From Octopus sinensis (lineage: Eukaryota): 64,000 bases of DNA. Location of the stretch: assembly GCF_006345805.1 (NCBI RefSeq), contig NC_043000.1, positions 7,688,001 to 7,752,000 on the forward strand, read 5' to 3'. The position numbers and the translations under genes were made by a program. The first letter of the stretch is position 1. Each line of letters begins with the position of its first letter. Below the pieces are notes generated by a model. The model searched no databases. It was not told where the DNA came from and saw only the letters and a program-made list of their open reading frames with translations. This document shows positions 53,418 through 64,000 of the stretch, one piece after another.

Positions 53418-53798
53418 TCTTCTCTCTATATATAAACGGCAGTTTGTCTGTGCGTTTTCTGTGTGTCTGTTTGCTTGTACCCCACCCTGACCACGGCTTT
53501 CAACCGATTCTGATGAACTTGACACACACATAGCCCAATGTCATAATTCAAAACTAACGCAGCGAAAATTTTGAAAGTTCCCCCAGTTCTGAAAAAAATC
53601 GATAAATTCGACATGGGTCGAGATTTAGAACACAAAACCGCAAACTGTCTAGGGGACGCAACTCCACCTTTTTTAACTAAAAAAAATTTACCATCATTTT
53701 TTTTTCCATTTTTTTGCTATTTTTTGGCTATAACTCTCTAAAAATGCTTTATAGTTATTTCCCTTACAAACCTGAGCAACGCCGGGCGATACTGCTAG
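53418..53798 (+). mobile_element. Non-autonomous Helitron
   Basis: A|TC start, 3' hairpin cctgagcaacgccggg then CTAG|T. The 3' part is shared with 24862-25256. Confidence 0.85.
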
Positions 53799-53807
53799 TA
53801 TATATAT

Positions 53808-54240
53808 AATTTAGTGTACATTTGAACACAAAGAGGCGAGCCTTAACAGGTTGCCTTACATACTAGAAGGAACAGTCAAAAAGTCCAAACCACAGTAAAG
53901 AGCAATTTTATTTTGTCTCTAATTTATATGTTACTGTTTTGGTGTATCCGCTGATGAGAACTTTGCCTTGCAAATTATCTTATTTGCTAATTAAAGTTCG
54001 AAACATAATGTCCAGCTGTAAAACATGGTAAATCTTTTTATTTTTCATTCCCTTCAAAATTGCTCTTAACTGTGGTTTGGACATTTTGACTGTTCCTTCT
54101 AGTATGTAAGGCAACCTGTTAAGGCTTGCCTCTTTGTGTTTAAATGTACAGTAAATTTTATATGAAAAATATGTCTATTGACTTTGTATACATGCTAGGC
54201 CACTGGTAGAAAAATTTCTATAATTTTTCCTACCCTATAT
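53808..54240 (+). mobile_element. Fold-back element, hammerhead family D
   Basis: Arm 53808-53909 is inverted at 54056-54160 with the ribozyme in the spacer. 54150-54240 is homologous to 56090-56190. Confidence 0.8.
53945..54018 (+). ncRNA. Type I hammerhead ribozyme with long stem II
   Basis: CUGAUGA (53951-57), stem II GAACUUU/AAAGUUC with an inner GCAAAU/AUUUGC hairpin, GAAA, stem III ACA-uaa-UGU, GUC site. Stem I (auccg/cagcu) is partly mismatched. Confidence 0.8.
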
Positions 54241-55398
54241 TAATTTTAAGAAATTATATATATATATATCTGTGTCATGCTAAATCTCCCTGAGAAGCAT
54301 GTTAAGGGTACACACGTCTGTGGTGTGCTCAACCACGTGGGTTAATTTCACGAGCAGGCTGTACCATTGATTGGATCAACTGGAACCCTCGTCATCGTAA
54401 CCGATGGAGTGCCAGTTAGTTATATAGTTTATAGATCCAATATGGTTAAAATCAACAAAAAAATTATTCCGTCCACTGAGAGATAGATATTAATTTAATA
54501 CACATTACGAAAGTGCTACTAATAGTTTCATACTTTTACGATGATTTAAATGGGTATATTTTTAGATAATATGACATGCATCTCCAAGCAATTTTCTGGC
54601 TCTTTTTATGCATTAGACGTATTTTAAAAAACAGGACACTGGACATTGAGAAAATAAGATGAAACAAGAAGAAAAAAATGAGCAAAGAATATTGATGTAA
54701 AAGTGGAAGGAGAAGAAAGAAATGAAAGCAAGAAAACCAATTTCCCCATCCCTTCTGCATCTTACTACTCATTTTTTTTTCTTTCTTTCTTCCTTTCTTT
54801 CTTTTTTTTTTCACTGCCCAGTGAAATATATCTAATGCATAAACAGAGCCTGAAAGATTGCTTGGAGATGCATGGTGCATTTTATAAATATGCCTGTTTA
54901 AAGTATCATAAAAGCATGAACCTATTACTAGCTCTTTCATAATGCATATTAAATTGTTATATATATATATATATATACTTACATATATATATGTGTATAT
55001 ATGTGAAGGTGCATGGCTTAGTGGTTAGGGCTATAGCAAAAAATACTTATCCATGCTGTCATGCAGTGGGATTGAACTTGGAACCATGTGGCTGGGAAGC
55101 AAACTTCTTACTTCACACCCATGCTTGTACCTGTTGCCATGTTTGTCACCTATTTGTGACACCAGTTCCTGATTAGTCACTATTTTCCTGTATATCAGTG
55201 GCATTGAGGTTTTGCCAGCAATGATGATAGTGAATACCTGTTGCTGATAAAGTACAAGCATGCAGAAATCACATGATCTAGCAGTTCTATCATTGCCGCT
55301 GCTGGCCAGTTTATGTCTGCCACTGATTTTTCTGTGCTATTAAGCACTAAGCATTACTATGGGATGTTCTTTCAAGATGTATACCACAGTATTAGAGC

Positions 55399-55445
<47 letters not shown>

Positions 55446-55447
<2 letters not shown>

Positions 55448-56203
55448 CGGTGTACATTTAAACACATAAGGAATCCACTCGTGGGATCCAACATGCTAGA
55501 AAGAACAGCTAGGTTCCATAACCACAAAAATTAGGGATAAAATTTGACAGGAACGAAATGAAAAAATAAAAACATTTTACCAATAAGTTTCCTGGACCAA
55601 TTGGTTTCTGATTTTAGTTTAGAAAGCAAATAACATTTGCTCACGAGGTGAAATCATCCTCAACAGGTACACCTTGGGTTAAATATATAAACACGAGGCA
55701 ATCAAACTATGTGCCTCTTGTTTATACATCCTAAGTTTTTCAAAATCTACTGCGCAGATGCAGCCCTTCACCGGCAATAAAAAAATGCCAACTTTTAAAA
55801 ACTGAAAATTATCCAAAAACTTGCAATACTTAATCATATCAAAGGGAAATGGAAATTAATTAAAATTTTCATTTCCAGTGGCCTAACGTGTAAAACTTTA
55901 GTCCAAAGACTATGTATTAGTCATAACATATAGTATACATTTAAACACATAAGAAATCCACTTGTGGGATTCAACATGCTAGAAAGAACAGCTAGGTTCT
56001 ATAACCACAAAAATTAGGGATAAAATTTGACAGGAACGAAATGAAAAAATAAAAACATGTTGAATCCCACAAGTGGATTTCTTATGTGTTTAAATGTATA
56101 CTATATGTTATGACTAATACATAGTCTTTGGACTAAATTTTTACACGTTAGGCCACTGGAAATGAAAATTTTAATTAATTTCCATTTCCCTTTGATATGA
56201 TTT
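55446..56203 (-). mobile_element. Hammerhead family D element with terminal direct repeat and inverted partial copy (Penelope pLTR-like)
   Basis: 55453-55575 is repeated at 55936-56058 (period 483). 55831-55978 is inverted at 56056-56202. Flanked by (TA)n. Confidence 0.85.
55591..55667 (-). ncRNA. Type I hammerhead ribozyme (C3U variant)
   Basis: Minus strand reads CCUG UUGAGGA UGAUUU..GCAAAU guu AUUUGC..AAAUCA GAAA CCAAUUGG UC CAGG, with palindromic stem III ACCAAUUGGU and a GUC site. Confidence 0.8.
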
Positions 56204-58080
56204 AATATATATAGATAAATAGATAGATAAATAGATAGATAGATAGATACACACAATTATACAGATATATATATGTAAAATGTTTTTATGCTATTAATAA
56301 AAGAAATTTAACATTTAATTGACTGATCACTCAATATTTTTTCGTAGAGTACTTATTTATTATAAATTGCTTCATGAAAATGATTGATAATAACTTTGAA
56401 ATCTTGGCTTACTCTGACAGTGGCTAGAAAGCCAAATCTTTGAAGTCACAGTCAACTCGTTTCTTGTAAAATTAGAAATCTTCATCACCTAATTAGGCAT
56501 CAACTCCTGTATTCGGAGGTGGAGTACAGCAGCTCCTCTGTTTGTACCCTAAATTCATTAATATACACATGCACACACACACAACACACACACACACACA
56601 CACACCATGCACACACATTCATATGTATAGCTTTACAACTTTCGGTTGTTTGAACTAAAAAGTTGTACCTTCCCTCCACCCCACTACAGTAGCTAGAGTG
56701 TGTGCCACCTAGGGTAGCCCTTCAGTTTGTGAGCCCCAGGCCCCACAAAAAATACATATTGTCTACAACAGACCCAAAAGTGGTGCTGCCCCCATAAATG
56801 TGCTGCCCAGGGCAGACCACCCCCTTTGACCCCTGCTCTGGCTATGCTAGTGCGCTTCCCCCTCATGGCTTATGATCCCATTAACCCATTTGATACCAAC
56901 CTGCTTGAAACAGCCTTTAGTTCTATGGTAAAAGCAAAAAAAATTCTTGCTTTGTTGTGCTGTAGTTTTAAATTTAATCTTTCCATTATCATTTTACATA
57001 AGAACCTTTTGTGAAGTTCTATGCCGAATATCAGCTTCGTAATGAAAGCATTTGTTATTTTACTAACTTGCTTTAATTTCATGATTATATTTTTCAAAAT
57101 TAATTTAAAAACATTGGCAATGTTTTCCATTAGAAATATGGCCACGGAAAGGTTATGTAAATAAAAAAAGATAATAAACAAATTAAAAGGAAAAATATAA
57201 ATGAGTATTGTTTAGCAATTGATCAGATTTAAAATCTTTTATTAACTTGAGCATAATTTCACATTATAGTTATTACAGTTTCCATAGTAGACAACTAATA
57301 ATTTTGAACATAATATAATTGCAGTCCACGGAAAAGAGTTACTTATTTCTTCTCTCTTTCTCTCCCCATACTTTCTCTCAGAATAAGATGTAACTGCAAG
57401 ATTGTATTCTGTTGGGAAAAATATTCCGATCAATATTGCTTTTCTGTTTATCCAGTAATTATGTGAGAAAAAATGTTGGATTAATCGGACACATATATTG
57501 GCGATGTGTAAAGGACACTTATGATCTTACTATTAGAATTTGGCAGATACTTCACTTAGTATTGATATTATTCAGGAATAGTCAATAAATATACATTAGC
57601 ATATTCCCTTCATTCATAATACCTATAATGTATATATATATATATATAGAGAGAGATTTAGATATGCATCCATAGGTCTTGGGGATGTCAGTGTAACCTA
57701 GCTCATTGGATATTAAATTTGGGAATAGGTTTATATTTCATAGTTGTGATATCGCAGAATTCATTTATATAACCTGTAAAAATGGAATATTGGATGGGAG
57801 ATAAAAACAAGTAAATAAATTAATTAAACAAAGCATACCATACTAAAGTATGTGATATCATTGGCATTCAGCACATCTGACCACATGCATTCCTGTATCT
57901 AGCTTACTGTTCTAAGTTTAAATTCTAGCAGAGGTCGATTAGTAAACTATTAGAGCTGATGCTGGCTTCCTAGAAAGCAGATTTTGTGACTGAACAAAAT
58001 GATGGTGCAATGTATGTAACTTCAAGACCATGCATGCAAAGACAGCTACTGGAGACGGTTAACTAACCAATCTAGTAAGT

Positions 58081-58335
58081 GGAGGCATGTGGCTTAGTGG
58101 TTAGGGTGTCAGACTCATGATCGTAAGATTTTGGTTTCGATTCATGGACCAGGGGACGCATTGTGTTCTTGAGCAGAACACTTTATTTCATGTTGCTCTT
58201 GTCCACTCAGTTGGCGAAAATGAGTAATCCTGTGACAGACTGGTGTCCCATCCAGGTGCGGAATATATACACCATGAAACTAGGAAACTGGCCCTTATAA
58301 GTCAGTTTATCTTGAGAAGGTAACTTTACCGTTAC
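58081..58335 (+). mobile_element. tRNA-derived SINE (head type 2, tail X)
   Basis: Head resembles 52941; tail gactggtgtcccatccaggtg resembles 20676-20728. Confidence 0.8.
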
Positions 58336-58819
58336 TTTTTACTAATCTAGTATTATTTCAAGAAAACAAAGTGGTTAGAAATCCAGAAGGACATTTAAGA
58401 ATAAATCAGCAAACTGTATCATTAATTCTTGGAAATTTATGCATAAACTTCCAACCATCTATCATAACAAAATGTATGTTTTATTTTTAGCTAAATGTAA
58501 TCCTAAAGAATTAATAATTCATATTTCACATCCTCAGTCTTATTGTATCTATTACTGTCACTACCACTAAGTTGTTAGTCAAATGTAGCTCTTCTCTTTA
58601 CTCAAAAATGACTTAAGCTTAGACACAAGAAATCATCATTTTATATATATGTATATACATGCAGATGAGGCTGTGTGGCAAGAAGCTTGCTTCCTATCAA
58701 CATAGTTCCAAGTTCAGTCCTACTGCATAGCACCTTAGGCAAATGTATTCCACTATAGTCTTGGGCCAACTTAGGCCTTGTGAGTGAATTTGGTAGATGA
58801 AAACTAAAAGAAGCCTATC

Positions 58820-58850
<31 letters not shown>

Positions 58851-59949
58851 TGTATTTATGTATGTATGTATGTATGTATGTATATTTGTGTGTGTGTCAT
58901 TGTGTCTGTGTTTGTCCCCCACTACCACTTAACAACTGATGTTGGTGTGTTTACATTCTCATAACTTAGTGGTTCAGCAAAAGTGACTGACAGAGTAAGT
59001 ACCAGGCTTAACAAAAATTAAGTATTGAGGTTGATTCAGTTGACTAAAAGTTCTTCAAGGCAGTGAACCCAGCATGGCTGCTGTCTAATGACTGAAACAA
59101 ATAAAAGATAAAAGATATATATATATGTATATATCTAAATTACTTTGATTTTTTTTCTCTGTCTCGTTATTAATTTCTTTAACTATGGATAGACGTTGCA
59201 TGTTGGTACAGGTGACTCTGTGTGGTAAGAAGTTTGCTTTCCAACCACACAATTCCAAGTTCAATCCCACTGTGTGTGTGTAAGTATCGTCTTGTATAGT
59301 TCTGGGACAACCAAAGCCTTGTGAGTGAATTTGGTAGATGGAAACTGTAAGAAGCCTATCATGTGTGTTTGTGTAACTCCTTGTCTAAACATCATGTGAT
59401 AGTTGTAAACAAAAGTCACCACTAAGCCAGTGGTGTCCTTCATACCTAATCTTCTCTGAAAACATGTCTGGTTATGGGGAAATACTGCCACATATGGAAA
59501 CAAGTGAAGTTTGACTAAAGGAAAGGTATTTGGCTATAGAAAATCTGCCTTAAAATTCCATCCAAAACATGTTATCATGGAAAATTTAAGCAGAATGTTA
59601 GTGACATCAAATCTCACTGATAAAATATCTATATTTTTATCTATTAGAAAGGAATTAATGTTAGGATATTATAATTCATAACAGTAGCTCCTTGATCTCT
59701 GAAAATCCTGCTTTGTACTACCCCAGTCAAAGCCTACATAATGTGCTTGCCATCACTCTCTTGTTATCCCTACTTTGTTGTACTCCTGCTAACCCTGGAC
59801 TAACACTTTGACTTCAGTTGATTCTCAAACTGCATCTACCTGGAATTGCTTCTCTGCTTTATGCTCAAAGTGAACATTAACTGCATCAACCTCATCAGTA
59901 GAATAAGTTACCCTCTGAGGATAAACAAATTAAAATGAGGAATCAAAGG

Positions 59950-60630
59950 TACTGTTGAATCAGCTAACTTCAAAATCCACTATTAACCTTATATGTAGGT
60001 AAGGTTGGTACCATGGGACCAACGAAGACAATTGAGAGGCACTCCCAAGGTCTCAATGCCTGTATTAATTGACCCATAAGGAGTTTGTGGATGTGGGGTG
60101 TGAGTTTGTTGCATGTAGAGCAAGCAAGTGTCATCTTGTGGATTTCATCAAGGGAGAACGACAGGTTTTGTACTTTACAGCAGTGAAGTAGGTGGGTCAC
60201 TCCTGGGTGGTACAGTTGTTTGTGAAGAGTTACTAGTGTGTAGGGTCTCTTGTTGCTACATGTCTTGATAGCACATCTGCTGCTTTGTTTGAGTTCCTGG
60301 TCTATAGGGGATTGTGAAATTTGCCTGAGAGGTTGAAGCGTCAGTATATAAATTTTTTATGTTTGATTTTTGATGTCTCTTATTAAAGATCATCAGTACC
60401 GAGTGTTGATTGGTAACAATGTTGCAGTATGGGGAAGCATTTATTAGGTGGTGCCATTTGTGGCAACATTCTATGATTGCACAGGTTTCACTCTCAAGAA
60501 TGGATTGCTGTTTTTCTGTTTGTGAAAGAGACCTTGAATAGAAGGCCACTGGCCATCCTTATTGTGATAGCGTCCCTCCCAATGCTAGGTCAGAAGCATC
60601 TGTTTTGATGGTAAGTGGTATTCCAGGTTG
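59950..60630 (-). mobile_element. Ty3/Gypsy pol remnant (RNase H and integrase zinc finger)
   Basis: TIKTDASDLALGGTLSQ, VAFYSRSLSQTEK, YRPG, ADVLSR, LHKQLYHPGV..CSTC and RPWECLSI, with stops and frameshifts. Confidence 0.85.
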
Positions 60631-60719
60631 AGATGAGGATGAATTATCAAGACCTCATTTTATCTGAAGGATTATACATTTTGAGTACACTGTAACTAAC
60701 TTTTCACTCAGCAGGGAAG

Positions 60720-61196
60720 ACTGTTATGAATCATAATATCCTATCATTAATTCCTTTCTACAATAGTAAATAATAGATAAAAATATAGTTATCTTATTTT
60801 GTATTGAGTACAAAAATGCGGCATAGTGTCGAATGATGTTCATAGATGGACACTGCCTTTACTTAATATAAAATAATGCACCTTAATCATTGGACAGCCA
60901 TGAGTAACGGATTAGATAGTGAGCAGAATAAAGTTTGAATAAAATTCATCATAAACCAATTCAAAGAAGGGTTTTATTCAAACTTTATTCTGCTTACCGT
61001 CTAATCCGTTAATCATGGCTGTCCAATGATTAAAATGCCTTGTTTTATATCAGGTAAAGACAATATCTGTCTATCAACGTCATCCAACACTCTGCCACAT
61101 TTTCGTATTCAATACAAACAAAGATATCTGTATTTCCATTTATTATTTACTATTGAAGAAAAGAATTAATAATAGGGTATTATAATTCATAACAGT
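60720..61196. mobile_element. Long palindromic MITE-like element (about 225-bp arms)
   Basis: actgttatgaat...attcataacagt termini; the arms mirror each other around a spacer at about 60945-60972. A further end fragment lies at 59620-59686. Confidence 0.85.
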
Positions 61197-61599
61197 GTGA
61201 GAGGCTAGGTCTTGCTGGTTTAAAAATAAATCCAGTGAATAATTTAGGTTGAAAACGGCCAGTTTAAATGCCAAAGTGTTAAGCCTGATGAGTGCTTAGT
61301 ACATTAACAAGAAACAATGTTCAGCCATATTCTAGAAAGAACTTTCTGTCAAAATACTTCCTGTTTACATTATGTGTTTATTTAATTGTGGATTTTTGAG
61401 TGAATTTCTTTGGATTTTTTTTTCTTCTTTTAATTTCTGACTATAATTGCAGTTGATACCTCAGTTAGTGAGTTAGAATTGGTGATATTATCATATTATT
61501 TAGCAATGGTTTATTTATTTTCATCTGGTAATGATTTAATTAGAGAAAAAGAGCTTCGATTTAAAGAAAATAGACAGTGATATTTCAGTGCCATCTGTA

Positions 61600-62050
61600 C
61601 ATACCAGTGTCCTAAGTGATTCTGACTAGAATTTATATGAAAGTAGACTGATCACATGGATAATCATGACATAGATGCTTTCATCACTGATGTGGGTCTT
61701 ACAAAATCTTAGAAGCAAAACCCACTGAATATTGTTTTCAGGTTTTTCTTTAAGAAATGTTTGTCAGGATGAACAGTGTGACCCTAGGGTGTGCATGTCA
61801 ATGGGGCAACACCATGTTTTTTTCATATAGATGGAAGAAATGCTGGCATACCACAGAATGCTTTTTCTAATGGGAGTTGTACAGTTTCCAAGATATGAAG
61901 TGTACCAGAACAAGAATTCAGCTCTGAAATAGGAAATTGATGTCCAGGAATTGATACCTTGCAAATGTGTGTGAAAACAACTATGTAAATACTGACTTAG
62001 CCTACCTGGGTAGATGAATGTGACGTGTCTATTGGTGAAAATCATCAGTA
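61600..62050 (+). mobile_element. Highly decayed piggyBac-like transposase fragment
   Basis: MEEMLAYHRMLFLMGVVQFPRYEVYQ resembles the piggyBac EEM.AF.GL..LMG...P...YW motif. Confidence 0.4.
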
Positions 62051-62409
62051 AAGGTCAAAACTACATCCAAAATAATCGGTAACAATTTATATTTGTGTGT
62101 GTGTCTTTGCGTGTTCCCCAAGCATTGCTTGACAACCGATATTGGCATGTTTATGTCCCCGTAGCTTAGCAGTTTGACAAACGAGACTGATAGAATAAGT
62201 ACTAGGCTTACAAAGAATAAGTCTTGGGGTCAATTTGTTCAACTAAAATTCTTTAAGGCAGTGCTCCAGCATGGCCACAGTCAAATGACTGAAACAAGTA
62301 AAAGATTAAAAGGATCTTTACATACTATCATCAAGTTTCATCTAAATTTATGCAATAGTTTTATTTTTATTATTTACCTGGGTGCCAGGGATTCTTTTCC
62401 ATCCCAATT

Positions 62410-62945
62410 ATGAAAAAACCAAACATTTTGATGTGGTGTGAAAGAAGGAAAGTTGTAAATCTAGTCAAGCTAACAGTTCCTCATGAAGATAATATGGACG
62501 CCACTTGGGCTCAAAAGATTGACCGTTATGTAAACCTCCTCGAGGAATGTGAAGACGCAGGCTGGAAAGCAGAGCATTTTCCAATCAAAGTCGGATGTAG
62601 AGGGTTTGTTGGACACAGTGTGAGATGACTGTTGTTATCATTAGGCCTAACTCATCGTAAAGTCAATACCACCATGACCAATATCCAAACTACAGTGTTG
62701 AAGGCTAGCCACTGGGTTTGGTTAAAAAGAGATGATGAGTGATGACTAGAAGAATATTGAGCTCTATTTGATAACCAGCTGATCAAGCAAGTGGGGCCTC
62801 ATATCAGTGAGTGGGGCTGGTGTGCATTGATACCGTTGAGAGGTAGGCCCCGAAACAGCACGCATTCTCTCCCGATGACCCCATACACTTGCTGGCTTCC
62901 GGTATGCGGAGTTTTTGACTGGTAGCTCTTGCATGTGCAAGTTGT
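62410..62945 (+). mobile_element. Hero-like non-LTR retrotransposon 3' end (RLE domain and 3' UTR)
   Basis: KPNILMW..KLTVPHEDN..KIDRY..L..C..AGW..PIKVGCRGFVG..KASHWVWLKR. Confidence 0.8.
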
Positions 62946-63263
62946 TTGCAAGACATATTTATATACTAAACAAGTAGCTTTTAATCAAAATCTCTAGTTT
63001 CTGACAAGATTGTATTCTAACATAATTTTAAAAGTTAATATTTTATTTTCAATTCAAGAGTCTTAATTATGATTTTTGGTTGGTGTAAATTTTATGTCTT
63101 TGTGCCTCTCTTACAAGATAAAAACTTAAATATATCACTAAGTTTTTGAGAAACTTGTTAATTTTTTTAGCTATTCATCACTAAGAGACTACAGTATTGG
63201 TCATTAAGTGAATTTTAGGGAGGTTGAGGCAGGAAAATGAATCCTATATTTATAAATCTTCAT

Positions 63264-63830
63264 AGGCATAGGAGTGGCTGTGTGGTAAGTAGCTTGCTTA
63301 CGAACCACATGATTCTGGGTTCAGTCTCCCTGTGTGGCACCTTGGGCAAGTGTCTTCTACTATAGCCTCGAGCTGACCAAAGCCTTGTGAGTGGATTTGG
63401 TAGATGGAAACCGAAAGAAGCCTGTCATATATATAATAATGTTGTGTGTTGTGTTGGGTTCCCCCCAACATTGTTTGACAAACTGATGCTGGTTGTTTAC
63501 GTCCCCGTAAACTTAGCGGTTCGGTCAATTTTCTCGACTAAAGGCGATGCTCCAGCATGGCCACAAGTCAAATGACCTGAAGCAAGTAAAAGAATAAAAG
63601 AATAAAAATAGAAATTCCTGTCATATATATATATATATGTATAGGTATGAGTGGGTGTATATGTTTGTGGTCTGTGTTTGTCCCCCCAACATTGTTTGAC
63701 AACTGATGCTGGTGTTTACGTCCCCGTAACTTAGCGGTTCGGTCAATTTTCTCGACTAAAGGCGATGCTCCAGCATGGCCACAGTCAAATGACTGAAGCA
63801 AGTAAAAGAATAAAAGAATAAAAATAGAAA
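63264..63830 (+). mobile_element. SINE family 1 with duplicated 3' half
   Basis: Both tails (about 63420-63612 and 63617-63830) share the same internal deletion junction (ggttcggtcaattttctcgac). Confidence 0.85.
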
Positions 63831-64000
63831 TTTCGTTTATCATTTCCTTGACTGTTGATGTTCTGTGGGATGTCATTATGTTGGTCTGTCGGAGTGACAA
63901 GGACGACCAAATCATCTTTAAGGATGATTCATGACATGCACAGTGACTTTGTTTTAAAGTGAAGTAGCATTGTGTATCATCATTCACATTCTCTCATCCA

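Overview
AT-rich, microsatellite-rich eukaryotic DNA that is almost entirely intronic or intergenic. The SINE and LINE repertoire suggests a coleoid cephalopod, probably Octopus (inference). Nearly all ORFs in the track are microsatellite or SINE artefacts, including the 868-aa Pro/His/Thr ORF. Supportable content: (i) a few small, phase-compatible exons of an unidentified + strand host gene (4579-4619, 6526-6613, 40102-40205, plus weaker candidates); (ii) many TE remnants, namely mariner, a near-complete IR/DR Tc1 (DD34E), a DUF4817-type transposase N-terminus, piggyBac-type MITEs, two non-autonomous Helitrons, Gypsy, RTE, Hero-like and R4/Dong LINE 3' ends, and three groups of tRNA-like SINEs; (iii) several unrelated families of short non-coding fold-back elements that carry type I hammerhead ribozyme motifs with palindromic stem III, the architecture known from Penelope-like retroelements and retrozymes. 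Item (iii) is the most striking signal. One family combines a tRNA-derived Pol III head with a hammerhead-bearing tail (a candidate Penelope-mobilised SINE). Another shows a 483-bp monomer with terminal redundancy and circular permutation between copies, consistent with a circular or tandem RNA intermediate. All calls were made by eye; boundaries are approximate unless motif coordinates are given.
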